Source of the DNA: Phoronis australis
Lineage: Eukaryota; Animalia; Phoronida
DNA length: 64,000 nucleotides
Assembly (NCBI GenBank): GCA_002633005.1
Contig: NMRA01000225.1
Location: forward strand, 573,947 to 637,946
Direction: 5' to 3'
Under the pieces are notes generated by a model, which saw nothing but the letters and a program-made list of their open reading frames with translations, had not been told where the DNA came from and did no database searches. The position numbers and the translations under genes are program-made. Of the stretch, positions 1 to 13,208 are shown in pieces (the stretch's first letter is position 1; each line of letters starts with the position of its first letter).

Positions 1-107
1 AGGTGAAAATAGTTTCCACCTAGGTTGAATTATTTCCACCTAGGTGGAAAATGAAAAATGAAAAAATATTTAAACAAAAGTAGCGATGATACTTTCGGGC
101 CACCGTA
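1..107. mobile_element. Right end of a non-autonomous DNA transposon with internal ~20-bp palindromic tandem repeats (truncated by window edge)
   Basis: Repeated TTTCCACCTAGGT(G/T)GAA units at 13-50. The terminus ...GGGCCACCGTA resembles termini of invertebrate MITE families. The other end is not visible. Confidence 0.4.
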
Positions 108-108
108 C

Positions 109-479
109 ATTAGTCTATTAATACACAAGCACGAGTTTGTATTAGTCAGTTAAGCAGCTCATCAGTCGGAGTTAAGCAGTTAAGCAGTTAAAGAGTTGCA
201 GTGAAGAGAATCGGCAGTTACAGTGAGAGTCAATAGAGAGCCAGCTATAAAGACAGCAGGTTATTAGAATCAGCGAGTGTAACAGTTGCTGACCGTGTCT
301 CAGTAGTTCATCACAAGTCAAGGCTCCGCAGCACTGGCTGGAGCATCAAACAGACTTTACGTGGCACTTTTGTTTGAGTAGGCTTGTGAACGTACGGTCG
401 AGATTAATAAATGGATTAACAGTCGAACCAGTCTTCAATCTATGGTCGCATCGAAAGCTATTAGCACCGTTCTGTAACA
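109..479 (+). mobile_element. Possible 3' part of a solo LTR
   Basis: Short AGTTAAGC tandem repeats at ~148-192, AATAAA at ~405, and an end in ...TGTAACA at 479 (LTR-like TG...CA end). No internal retroelement ORF. Confidence 0.25.
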
Positions 480-1931
480 ACCTGCGCCCACCCACACACA
501 GGGAAAACGTGACAAAAACATGTTGGCTAATTCCCTATTGTGCAGGCCTCCACGTAGTCGAAGTTACTCACCTGTTTGACAGGGGTCGTGGTAGACATTA
601 ATGGTTCTGGAGACTGAGTGAGCATTGTCTGTAATATCAAAAACGTGTACTTTTACAGCGGTTCCGAAAATATTGATAGCCTTTGACACTGAGCACTGAC
701 TAATTGCTAAATGGCATTTGACCTGTTTGTTTCAATAGACACCCGATAAGGTTGTGTAGCACCCAATTAAAAATGGCCAAAATTTGGCTGGAACATCATA
801 TCTCAGAAATGGCTGGTCGAATTTACATGAAACTTACAGACACAGATACCATACTTTACGCACTGTTCTAAAAACTCTGTTAGGAATTGTTGCTAAAATG
901 TTCCACTTTTGCAAGAGGGTCTGTCAAAAATTAGACTTTTTGGTTTTCATGAAAGTTGCATCAAAAGAACTTGAAAACGAAATGATATTTAAGAAAATTT
1001 TGACAAAGCTTTTGATATCTTATCTTGAACATTCAAACCAAATAAAATTTGATCATATTATCAATACCGTTTTTTGTTATCAATTGAATGTACCTTTCAG
1101 TTTTGCTAAAATTTTGTAGAAGGAAATGTTCACGTGATCCGGTTAATGGCAGGTTGACAAAAAGCCAATTAATAAAATTCTACAGGCTTTCTACTTTCAG
1201 AAAACATATACTTTAATAGAGTTAAAATCCATAGTTTAATAAATACTTTGTTAATTGTACAGACTTGCCGATAAGGTCTTACATAACACTGTACTCAAAA
1301 TAAACTGTGTCCACTACCACCGAACTCATTACACAGTTAAAAGTACTCGAAAATGAATAAACATGAATTATTCCTCATGCTTTGGAGACCACTAAAAGGT
1401 GTTCAACAAATGCACGAGAATTTCGATGTAGTACTAAAAAAGCGTGACCACCAATAATGTCCTGTGAGTAAAATCTTGACTACACTGCTGTATGTAGCTA
1501 GCCAGTAAACGAACTCTAAAGTTTTCGTGTTTGTCCATCTTGTATTTCGCAGAGGTTGTTGACTGGTTGTGATAAAACATTTAACCAAATCTACAGTGTA
1601 CGAAAGTTTTAGAACATAAAAAGGTCATCATGAATGTTCAAAAGAAAATAACGTGTTTCAAAATGAGACATATATCATAAATTAACAAAAACATAAGAAT
1701 GCGTGAAATGTATTGAAAATGTTTGCTGACAATGATGACATTGAGTGTACTTATTTTTATTGTGGAACAAATCTATTGGTAGTGTACACTCAGGGTTAGA
1801 AGCAGAAATTTAAATAGTATGATGGAAGTGTATATATATTGGAGATTACTCCCTGGAGGGTAGGTAACACGATGTTGGAATTACCGGTCAGTCAGTATTG
1901 TTTATAAACCTTACAACCAGGAACACACCAG

Positions 1932-2364
1932 TGCCCGGTTGCATGGAACAGTCCCAAATAGGGACTCAACTAAGGTACCTAAATCTACTGCGTATTTGCG
2001 GGCTTGTGAAAACACTGATTGTCCTATCTTATGCTGTTTGAATATCATTACTACGCCAATTTTTGGCTTTGATACAAATCGAGAGTGAAATCTAGATTGA
2101 ATTCTAAATATTATTGAAAATAAGTAGAGATCTTTTCATGCAACGCACACAATTTAAGGAGTAAGTCCCTAACTGTTTTTATTGAATTGATGGCTCAGTT
2201 TTTAGTTATATTATTAGAAAATGTCATTAGTCAAAGAAGAGCTCATAATAAAGATTAAATTATAGGAAAATATTACATCTGTGCCTAAAGAACGAAACAA
2301 ATACGAAAAAGATTTAGGGACCTTGGTTGAGTCCCTATTTGGGACTGTTTCATGCAACCGGGCA
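1932..2364. mobile_element. PIF/Harbinger-type MITE
   Basis: ~55-bp near-perfect terminal inverted repeats (TGCCCGGTTGCATGGAACAGTCCCAAATAGGGACTCAAC... / ...GTTGAGTCCCTATTTGGGACTGTTTCATGCAACCGGGCA). Flanked by a 3-bp CAG duplication (1929-1931, 2365-2367), matching the CWG target of animal Harbingers. Confidence 0.8.
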
Positions 2365-2459
2365 CAGAAAACCATAAGGATTGCAACACAAAATGAAAAA
2401 AGCTCACAACTCTCAACGTCGACGCCGAAATGACGCCATTATTAATTTTTATTTCACCG

Positions 2460-3968
2460 ATGTACCTATCATCAGTATTATGACTGACGGCGTAACTGAC
2501 CAATCATAACGCAGCATTCTTGACACACCTTCGTCTGCGTTTCTAAGCCGCCATTTTACCCAACAAACAGCACAATTGTCGTGTAAACGTATTTTAGTCT
2601 ATAGCTCAAGAAATTGTGCAAAAAGAATGGTGGAACTGCATTGATGTGGCTTGCGTAATTCCGACCACCGTTAAGCAGCTCGAGAAGAATATCCCGTCAA
2701 TTTTTGTGCATCTCCTATGCCGAAAAGTGGTGTCGATCGGTGTAAACTATGGATCAAGCTGTGTGAACGGCCACACGAGCAGCTGAACTTGGCAATGTTG
2801 CTTGATTACTCTAAGGTTAAACACAAATAAATTTGTTCCAAGATACGCACTTTTCAGTTTGGTGGCTATAGTATACATGTAGGCCTATCTGATTTTGACT
2901 TCGGAGTTTCACTCGTCTGGCCGCGGGCACCTGCTGGATATCAGCACTAGTCTAACGGTATTACCCGAAATAAACTGTTGTTATTAAGGACATTTTTATT
3001 ATTTTTCGCTATTTCGACCTAATGGTTATCGTTTCGTTTCGTAGCACAGGTACATTTTTGTTCTTAATATAGCCGTAGGCTGGGGTTCACCAGAACTTCT
3101 CGGCACAGGGAGGAGAACTGGATTACTAGTGAACTTTAAGCCCTGTTCGTGCGGTTGTCGCGAAAAAATAAACAGTTGAATTACTTTTTGATGAGAACCT
3201 CTAGTACACACCTCTCCTGTAGAGTTCGAGAGGTCTCTTTTTGAAGTTGTTCAAACATGATATTTAGATTTATGAAGCTTCAAAAAAGAATTTGAGTTAT
3301 TTTTGTAAATAACCATTTTTGAAGCTACACCAGATTTGTCATCTTTTCGAAGCATACCACAGCTTAATGATCATGCCACGTAAAAAATTAACTGAAAGCC
3401 ATCTTTATGCAATGATCGAAACTAGGAAAAAATGTAAAGTTCATCAGAAGGTAGACCTAACCTAATGGTGCAATTACGGCCAATCCCATAAACTAATTTG
3501 CTGACTTGGACACAGTCCTAGACCTACCAGAGCTAACTGCTTGCCTAGCACAAGATGAGTGTGTACTTGAGCATGACCCTGAGTTTTTTAATCAAAATAT
3601 TTCATTCAAAGATAATAAAGCGTAAACAGCGCCGGAGTCGACCTACTTTACTAGGGGAGTTCCAACATTTGTGACCTACTTTTCATCTGGCGGAATTTAG
3701 CAGGCGGCAGAATAAAAATGTCGGCAAGTCTTCACTGATTACTTTTCCTCGAACACTTATTTATTTGCCTTTACAAATTCACAAATCATGAACACACCAT
3801 TCTTTGTTGAAAAGCATCGGCTGTTGTCTTTGTAGAAGCGTTTTCGGTTAATTCAAAAAACACTCCACCAGGAAGTTCATTTAGCAACAATTTGTATGCC
3901 TCTGACATCTTGTTTGTCGGGTGTCACGTGACTTTTTGCAAAGGGACGGAGCTATGCCATAGGTCAAT
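2460..3968 (+). mobile_element. ~1.5-kb non-autonomous TIR element, copy 1 (same family as 11539-13208)
   Basis: Colinear similarity over its whole length with 11539-13208. Right end ATAGGTCAAT; left end degenerate (ATGTACCTATC). Lacks ~160 bp present in copy 2 (~12805-12962). Confidence 0.8.
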
Positions 3969-4001
3969 TGATCGACTGGGGCGCAAGGTGCCTATAAGGT
4001 T

Positions 4002-4632
4002 CAGTGCTCGACGCTTATCTTAACGCCAAGTCGCATTTGACGACCTGGCAAAAATTTGAGGACGCCAAATGAAATGTGAGGTCACCAATACTGAAAATTC
4101 TAGGTCGCTAAATGAAATCTGAGTTTGCCAAATCCGATTTAGAAATCGCCGACCAAACAAATAAAATTAAAAAAGAAACGTCTTACCGCACTCCGTTCTC
4201 AAAATCTTACGCGTATCTCTTCAATTTCTCTCCGTAAATGTGCATTTCATTCCTCAATCCGTTACTCAATTCCTTCGGCAAAGAACGTAAACGATCGCAA
4301 ACACAGGTGGCGCTTGGATCACCTATCTTGCTAGATTTTTGCCGAATAATTCCGACTTTTGGCAGCGTTTCGTGTTTGCTAACTGCTGTGGTGGCAAATG
4401 CACTGACCTCACGAAATAGAGGGAACAATTTTAAACCAAAAGTAATAAGTCTAGGAACACTATTATTAATATAAAGTTTGGAAGTTAACACAAATTTTGA
4501 AACGAGTATAAGGGAACTATTGTCTGACTTATATACTTGCAGTGGCGACTTCGTGGCAACTTGAGATTTTTCGCAGGTCGCCAAACAGTCTCAGGTCTCA
4601 TAGGCGACCAGCAGGTGAAAAATCGAGCTCTG
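4002..4632. mobile_element. hAT-like MITE
   Basis: Ends CAGTGCTCGA / TCGAGCTCTG form a 10-bp imperfect TIR starting with CAG. Subterminal GTCGC/GCGAC motifs occur at both ends. No clear 8-bp TSD. Confidence 0.5.
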
Positions 4633-5168
4633 TGTTTGCTTAGTGCGTATTTCTAAACACGTCGTTTACCGATCGCAATTGTACTCATTTAACAGCTCGA
4701 AGTATTCTATGAGCAGTTTAATTAGAAGGAAAATGTACAGTCTTCAGGAAAAGGGTTCTATCAGTGATGCGCATAGCCCTATATGTAGACTAAGCACTAC
4801 GAACTATCACAGCACTCTATGCAAAGAGTTTATCGCTGTGCTGCTAGTGCTGTTGCCGAGTGGTATCAAAACAGAGAATTGCAATGCTGAGGGGAGAGTT
4901 GCTACCTATCCATCTTTCTGTCTCCGCATCTGCACTCAGTATAAATTATCTGACCATTAACTGCAGAATCAGGCTGTAAAACGAGTCGAAATATATAACG
5001 AAATAGTAACAACTGACATATAAAAGTATCAAACTCCACATAACTAAAGTCTTGGTGTACTGTGAACATTAACCCTAATTTTTATGAACGGTCACCAATC
5101 ATAATTGAATCCTTTTTGCCAACCGCCGCTAAAACAAAATTTCAAATCATTTACCCCCAAAGAAACGA

Positions 5169-5579
5169 ACTACCGGGAATTTCTGAAAATTTGCCCTCGG
5201 TCGCAAAATCGGAAAATGACTTTTCAAAAACGCCATAAGATACGCCGGGCGTATTTTTTCCGGATAAGGGAAGCGAATTTTCGGAAATTGTATCATTAAA
5301 AGAGCCCTATGTGCTGTGCCAATACGGTTAGTAACCAAAAAATATATCTAGTTAAATGTCGTTTGAGTGAAATGGTGATCCCAAAATATGTCTTGTCAAA
5401 ATAAGCAAAAATGTTATATCAGAACATATTACATATGTATTTCGGAAAAATCCATCAGATTTTCAAAACTTGGAAACAGTTAACGAAAATGTCCCCATGG
5501 GCGTATTTTTGGAAAATTTTCCAAAAATACGCCAATGGGCGTACTTTTGGACGTACCTTTTACCGAGATTTCCGGTAGT
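5169..5579. mobile_element. MITE with short TIRs
   Basis: Ends ACTACCGGGAATTTC / GAGATTTCCGGTAGT. Internal repeated AAAATACGCC / GGCGTATTTT motifs in both orientations. Confidence 0.5.
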
Positions 5580-6606
5580 ACGACAATTAACAAAGAATTT
5601 TGTTGTTCCTTAAATTCGGATGAAATTAAGCAAAAGAACAATGGACTCCTTGGATGAAAGGTGGCTTGAGTTAGTCACCCCTGGACACGACTGCTTTATT
5701 TCACACCTCAACAAGGGCAGAGCCCAGCAGTTGTCTTGCAAGTAGAAAAATCTAGCCATAATCTCGTATTCTCGTATTTGAAATTCACGGCAATAACTCG
5801 GGTTATCTTGCAAAGTCTAGTTGCTTTTTAGCGAGACGCTAGTGTACATGTACGTCCTAGAGTTTCTAAACTCTATCCGAAATTGCCAACGCCCATCCGG
5901 CCACCACACACTTGAAACACAATGTTAATTTACCCAACAATAGCTAGTATACAAAGCCCACATAGCCAATATATTTACATATAAACGCTGACAATTACAA
6001 CAACTAGGGTGACGGTCATCAACCGCCCACATTCAATGAACGCAATTTGTTAATTTGAAATTCAAAGTTTCGAATAACCTATGCAGCAAAACCATACGTG
6101 TAGGATTTTAGAGGCCGCCAACCAAATGAGAAGTGCTTAGACTCCTTGTTAGCGCTTACCATGTCTACTTGTAGGCCTACAAAATTTACCTGACTTCTCG
6201 CAGGCGTGACGTCACTGCTTGCTTGGCCACGTTCTTGTGTTGACCTGTTACCAACAGAGACATTTTAATTGATGATAGACATATGTACTAAGAATAAAAA
6301 TACTTGTGTCAGAAGCTCGTTACAAGAGATGAAAAGGATACCGAAGTATGCAAAGACATTCATCATGACAGAATTCAAAAAATACACATACAAAGAATCG
6401 GGATGTAAAAATGATTATCTTTGGTGAGATTGGTCAAGATTGAAGTGATGAAATGACAATGGCTGAAAAATAATGCTATTCACTGACTATTTGTGGTCAA
6501 GTTTTTAGTGTTATCCTTTTTTAAAAAATCGATTACCTTGTTCACTGTATAGATCTAATTTTGATGAAGTACAAAGAACGACTGAAAATACGTCCACGGT
6601 AGTTAC

Positions 6607-7581
6607 CTGTCGCGGAAGTGTTGCTTTCCTATATCAAAGCATCGCCGGGACAATTCCACTGATATTTCCAAGGCACTTTCATTCAATCCAGCAAAGCGTG
6701 ACAAATGTTCCTTTTCTAACCACTTTGTGAGGTTGGTAGAGAGTGCACTGGCTTTAGCGTCTTCATACAGACGAGTAAGTTCATCAGAAGTATGAACATT
6801 AACGTGAAGATCGACTCCTTGATTTTGCAACTCGATACATGTTTCCGAGTTCAAAGTGCATTGTGAATATTGGATAGAGAATAATCGTCTCAGGTAATCA
6901 AGATTTTGTCGAAGAAACTCACACAACTTGAACGACGATTCATTTGATGCCAAACAAAACACGCCCGTTTCTTTATCTTCCGATATATCTAGACTTAACT
7001 GAAGGGTAGCAACTGGAAATATGTTAAAATCGCATTATAGTCGACAGATGCCGATGGTTGAAAGATTATCACATGCAACAAGTGCCAGATAACTAAGCTA
7101 CAGCTTTGCCCTGTCTACGCATTCCGATTTTTCGAAAACGACATTGTAATCGGAGCGGCCAGAATTTGTTCATTACATACATGTATTCCTAATATAGACC
7201 TAAGCAAAATAGTCGCCGCAGTCCCGAGTGTGCGTTAATCATATTAGCACTGAAAAGCTTCGACCAGGGCGTGGCAGGGTACACATGGCTTGTGTCGACA
7301 TTGCAGTGTACTAAAGATCTATGAAGACAGGGTTGATTTGATCACGTGTACTTACTGAATGGATCCATGCTACCTATGTCCTCCAGTAACTTAACTCGGT
7401 TGTTATATCTGCAAAACAGTGAAAAAAGATCGCAATTTTTATCTATGCATTTAAGTAGAAAACAGCATGAGTGCACAGCGTTGATATTTGCGCCCACCGT
7501 GTGCAAATAGCAGCACGGACTAGATACAGCTCTAGTCTTTGATTGGTTATCTCCTGAGATAACATTGTCTTCAGATAACAT
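6607..7581 (-). CDS. Probable fragment of an unidentified spliced gene or pseudogene (two exons: 7581-7356 and 7012-6607)
   Basis: Exon A (MLSEDNV...IGSMDPF) ends at a GTAAGT donor in phase 1. Exon B begins after the ATTTCCAG acceptor in the matching phase and stays open for 406 nt (IATLQLSLDISEDKETGVFCLASNESSFKLCEFLRQ...QHFRDR) to an AG|GTAACT donor. No recognisable domain; further exons not securely found. Confidence 0.5.
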
Positions 7582-8756
7582 TGTCTTCTAGACTTCGGTG
7601 CAACTGCATTGAAAAAGTTCATCATCGGGTTCACTTGGATAATAAACGCACAGTAGAGACAAAATTTGTTGAACGCGTTCACACGTTCACGATTAATAAA
7701 TTTCAACGACATTAGGTCTAGCTCTCTGAATCATTGACGTGAACATTGTTGTGTGTTAAACAAATGTTGTCTACAGAAGGCAGTGCTGCCAAATTATTCT
7801 GACACAGTAAAGAATGGGGAAACGACAAATCAGAAAATGACAATTGATGACGCGACATTAACACACATCAGTGGCATCATAGGCTAACCGCGGAATGTAT
7901 CAAAATTTCAGTTCTCCCAAGATGTCTTTGATGGTTGCAGTAAAGGTCAGCAATCTAAGGTGGCATCTAAAAGTAGAGATAAGAGGCTTGTACCATGGAA
8001 AACATTTTATAGAATATTTGACCATGGGGAATGCCCGAGAAACGGTGTCTTTTGTTTGGGTAAACCATACTATACTCAAGGCACCCCAGCGCCACTAATA
8101 TCGATCTTCAGAGACCGAGTTCCCTGTCATTTTGCAAGTAAAGACGTTTAGATTACAATACTTGGATTGCGTACAACTTGAGAGGCCTTTTTAATCACTT
8201 TGAAAACACGTTGAAGTGCATCAAAACAGTTTTCCTTCATAGTTATGCTTTCCTGGTGTTATGAATGCCTTTATCCGGAAATTTACTAGTGTGAATAAAA
8301 TATTTTTAAGTTTTAGAAGAAACGAAAATGTGTTGTTGTTTTTATCTTAATTGACAAAAGCATATCTTATTTGCACACAACACTTGGAGATTGGAATCTG
8401 GACTTTCTGTATTCATCGAAAATGTATAAAACAAAACATCACTGTTCAATTAGTTTCAAAAACGTAAATGTGAGTCTGGTTTAACCCTCGCCTGTACACT
8501 GTATGTAGGTTAGCTCAAAGCAACTTCTGAATTCTCGCCAAAAGTTACTCAAGTTTAAGTTACAGTTAAAACCTATCATTGTATTTGCCATGACAACACA
8601 ACATGGTTATATGCTCAAGAAACAAAACAAAGACCTTGTATAATTTTTTATTCTTGAAATTAGTTTTTAAAAGTGGTTTCCAGTCAAATTTCTTGAATGT
8701 TGTCCAATTTTCACGTTTTGTGAAATCAACATGCATCGCTTTCAGTGTCGGTTTAA

Positions 8757-8965
8757 AGGGATACTAAACGTTAGGGGATTTTAAACGGTCTTGCAGTGGT
8801 AACTGGATCTGAGCGAATTTAAAAGGATGATAAAACCTACAGTCAACTCCCACAATTCCCATTGTCCAAAGCAGAATGATAAGTTTCACTGCTACTTGAC
8901 CAAACGTTTAAGCGTTCTACTAGGGGTTAAAGCTTTCATTTGCAAAAACCCAGTTCAATACCTCT
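8757..8965. mobile_element. Kolobok-like MITE
   Basis: TTAA on both sides (8753-8756, 8966-8969). Imperfect TIR AGGGATACTAAAC / GTTCAATACCTCT. Confidence 0.55.
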
Positions 8966-9163
8966 TTAAATAAACCGATAGTTCTTACAACAAAATTTAC
9001 AGTATACATGTATACATATCTAGTCTGAGCAAGTCGAATCAATGCACTATTTGAGAAAGGGGCCAGTAATGTAATTCAGACGTTCAATTATCGGCCCTAA
9101 AAATCCATCAACTGTAATGGCGATATTCGACAATCTGTACATTACTAGAGGGCGGTGGTACAG

Positions 9164-10837
9164 TACGCCGTAAAATGTAACAATTTCTTAAGCTGTAACA
9201 ACTGTTACATTTTACGTCATAGTTACATTTTACGTTGCTAAGCCTCTCCTAAAATGTAACAAAATGTTACATTTTACTTAAGTGTTACATTTTACGTCAA
9301 ATGCACATGCGAGAAACGTATCTTTGTTACATTTTACGACACCAACATCATATTAGAAAGAAAATGACCAAAGTCAAGTGGCATTTGATACGGCCAGAGG
9401 GTACTTGAGTATTTGGACGAGGGCTGCCGCCCGAAAAATTTAGATGCCTACCCGTTTAGAGAGTGGGCTCGGCATCATTTGAGTGTATTTTGAGCTGTGA
9501 AAAATCTCCCATTGGGCGGCGCTTTCCGTATACCTTTTCTACAGGAATACCCTCCAGGCTGACATGTCATGAATCTGACTGCCCATTATTATTTTTATTA
9601 CTATTACATTGCTATTATTACTATTACTGCTATTGCTGCCATTACTACTATTACCACTTTCACTACAATTACTCGTTATCGGTATCGTTATAATAATGAT
9701 AATTATTTTTTTAATTTATTTAACGGGGGCCCAGTGCAATAAACACAATCCTTGTTTTAGCAAATAATTTGTAAATATAACTATATTATTATGTAGTTTG
9801 TCACGAACAACTGACTCCAGGCTGTAACCTGCTACGTACATCGAAACGTGAGGATGCCCACCGTGTTATCATTTTTGCGTCTTGCTGAAAACATCCCCCT
9901 TCAAATAATAAACTTTAAGTTCAAAACTTGAAAAGTTGAAATCTGGAAGCAGACATTTTCGAGAACTAGCGACTAGTCGGCTATGGCTTTGTTATCTTGG
10001 TCATTAGAATAGCTGGTAACGGACATACGAAACACGCAACGATTTTATGTGGAACATGTTCCAACATTCTTTGAAGAAAACGGTGTTCGTAACTAAGGTG
10101 GTAGACAGAGCCTGTCGGCATCACTGAGAAACTTTGGTTTTGCTACTTTTGTGTGAAGCACTAGTGATGACTCCAAGGCAATGAAACACTGGCTGAAATA
10201 AATCAAACTATCGTGGAGTGAAACGAGTGTTTTTTCTATCAAGATGGCTTCCGAAATTGAATTCTTCGTGAAAAATACTATTGTCGTTTATTCCGGAAGA
10301 AACTTGATACGATAAATATTAGCGAAAATACGAAGTCACTGTTTCTGTTGTGCTTACCAAGAGCAGTGTGTTTACTGTAATGCCGGATACACAATTGACC
10401 TGACAAAAGATTGCAAGAACGCTTTAACAATAAAAACATGTTACCTGATCCTGGAAACTCCTTTCGTCTGGAGTTGAAACTGTACAGGGACATTTTTGAC
10501 TAAACTAAGAAACTACTTATGTTAGAAAAAACAATGGAAGGTACACAGAGATACATCTGTAAATTCGAGCAGGCACATTTGATAGAAATTCATTTACACA
10601 ATTCGAGAAAAAAAGTGTGTGTGAACCGTTTTCGTCCGTGTGACAAATACTATGCAAACTCATGAAATATGTAACAGTGGTACATTTCTCGTAAGTGCAT
10701 TTGACGTAAATTTTAAGAGTTACATAAAATGTAACAACCTGTTACATTTTAGGAGAGGCCTAGCAACGTAAAATGTAACAACGAAGTAAAATGTGACAGT
10801 TGTTACATTTTACGAATTTGTTACATTTTACGGTGTA
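9164..10837. mobile_element. Foldback-like non-autonomous DNA transposon with long modular inverted ends
   Basis: Ends TACGCCGTAAAATGTAAC / GTTACATTTTACGGTGTA. ~170-bp inverted arms are built from AAAATGTAAC/GTTACATTTT modules (e.g. CCTCTCCTAAAATGTAACA at ~9243 vs TGTTACATTTTAGGAGAGG at ~10740). Contains a degenerate (ATT/ACT)n tract at ~9585-9705. Confidence 0.75.
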
Positions 10838-11538
10838 TCAGGGCGGGCGTGTACTAAGTGGTGGTTGATTAAGCAGCCTACATTTTCTGAGAACTTTAAT
10901 ACATGATGGTGAAATGACTTGCAGCCGTGCCAACTGAACCTAAGATTGCGAGAAAATGGTGCTTCTACGAGAGGGTGTAAGTATGGCCTGATATAAAGTA
11001 AGGTTTGTGATTATTTTTACCGATTGTTTAATACTTCCGACTTCATGTTTACAATTATACTAAGATGCTTGTTAACTGAGGCACTGGCCGATGTCGGCTC
11101 GACTCCTATCGGGTTAATCGGTGTTTGTTTTGAAGTGTGTTACGATACTTGACGAAGCATTCGTGGTTTTTTTCGTACATCAAAGCAGTATTATTAATGT
11201 TCGGAATGATTTCTAACAGGTTGATCAGAGACATTTACATCAATCAATGCTGAATGTTTATGCTGTCAACTCCATATTGGTTATTAGTGAGGTCAGATTA
11301 CAATCCAGATCGATCTGTACTCAGGAAAGATATACCGAAAATGGGAAACAGTTAAAGAACAAAGCCTTTGAAAAGTAACAGCTATTTTTAAAGAAAGGTA
11401 TGTAAGTTGTTTTGTTAATTTACTTATTCAGGCCCATAGCAGGAGGTTAGCATAGGGAGTTGGGGTTCTAAAATTTGGTGCAACTGAATGTGTGGAACTA
11501 ACAGATAATAGTGTCCGGGGAGAGAGCATGGAGAGGCA

Positions 11539-13208
11539 ATTGACCTATCGCCTGGATTACGACTGACGGCTTAACTGACCAATCAGAACGCAGCATTCTT
11601 GACACACCGTCTGCGTTTCCAAGCAGCTATTTTATCCGACAAACAATACGTTTTCGTGTAAAACTTATTTCAGTCTATAGGTCAAGACATTGCGTGATAA
11701 AAATAGTGATACGGTGTTGTTATGGCGAGTGTAATTCTGACAACCGTTATGCAGCTTGACTGAGAAGAATATCCCGTCATTTCTTGGGCATCTCCTAACC
11801 CGGCGAAAAGTGATGTCGAAAGGCTTAAACTATGTATCAAAGTGTGCGAACGGCCACGTACACGAGCAGCTGAACCTGGCAATGTTGCTTGATTACTCGG
11901 AGGTTAAATGCAACTATATTTGTTCCAAGATGCACGCTTTTCAGTTTGGTGGCTATGGTGCAGGCTAATCTGATTTTGACTCCGGAGTTTCACTCGTCTG
12001 GTCACCTTTGTCTCGGCACCTGCTGGATCTCAACACTATAGTCTAGCGATAGTCCCTGGAAATTGTTTTATATTTTTCTGTTTTTCAGTTATTTCGACCT
12101 ATAGACATGATTTTGTTTCGTAGCAGATCGAGGTATATTTTTGTCATTAATTTACTCGTAAGCTGGCGTTCAACTGAACTTTTTCAAAATTGAGTGATTC
12201 GATCGGATTACTGAACTCAAAGCCTTGTTCGGAGCTGTGGTCACGAAAAAATAAACAGTTAAATTACTTTTTGATGAGAACCTCTAGTATACATTTCGCC
12301 TTTAGAGTTACAGAGAGCTCATTTTGAAGTTGTTAAAACGTGATATTTACATTTATGAAGCTTTAAAAAAGGAATTTGCCTGTGTGTGTAAATAGCCATT
12401 TGCCACTTAACACCAGACGTGTTATTTTTTTGTAATCATTCTTTAAAAGTAACTGCAAGCTACCTTTATGCAATGAAACTCCAAAAAAATGCGAAGTTCG
12501 TCGGAATGTAAGCCCAACTTAAATGTCTTAATGGTGTAATTACGTGCATTAATTTGACTTGGACACATCCCTGCACCTACCGGAGCTAACTGCTTGCCTT
12601 GGGCAAGATGAGTGGGTACATGTACGTGGGCTTTAAATCTGTGTTTATTTAATCGAAATATTTCGTTCGAAGATTAGAAAAGCGTAAACAGTGCTATCGA
12701 CTCGAACTACTTCACTCGAGAGTTCCACGGGCAGATGTGACCTACTTTTAATGTCAGATTTTAGCAGAAGACAGAATAAAAATATCGGTGAATCTTCACT
12801 GATTTTGTTCGAAAGATCCTAAAATCTATGCCATCGTACAGATAATCCGACATTAAGGTACATACCCAGCTTTACATGAAAATATCGCATCAGTGGCCTT
12901 ATCATTTGTCAGGTGAAGGTGAACCCCGTGTGAGGTTCATCGGGTTTTCGCTGGCTCCGAAATACTTTTCCTCGAACGCTTATTTTTCAATCACCACATT
13001 TGCAAATTCCCATATCATAAACGTAGTATTCTTTGCTGAAAAGCATCGCCTGTTTTCTTTGTCGAAGCGTTTTCGGATAGTGCAAAAAACTCATCAACTT
13101 CACCAGGTACGATGTTTAGCGACAGTTTGTATTTGCCTCTGACATCTTGTTTGTTTGTCGGGTGTTACGTGACTTTTCGCAAGGGGGCGGAGCTTACGAT
13201 AGGTCAAT
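11539..13208 (+). mobile_element. ~1.67-kb non-autonomous TIR element, copy 2
   Basis: Perfect 12-bp TIR ATTGACCTATCG / CGATAGGTCAAT; colinear with 2460-3968; no transposase ORF. Confidence 0.8.

Noticed and set aside
735-1420. 111-aa ORF 784-1119 or possible transposon end (TAGACACCCGATAAGG...)
   Set aside because: The sequence looks like a non-coding DNA-transposon subterminal region, but no partner TIR was found and the ORF has no transposase motifs.
5706-5817. Candidate terminal exon (LCKITRVIAVNFKYENTRLWLDFSTCKTTAGLCPC*) for the orphan gene
   Set aside because: The phase fits, but the acceptor lacks a polypyrimidine tract; not supportable without RNA data.
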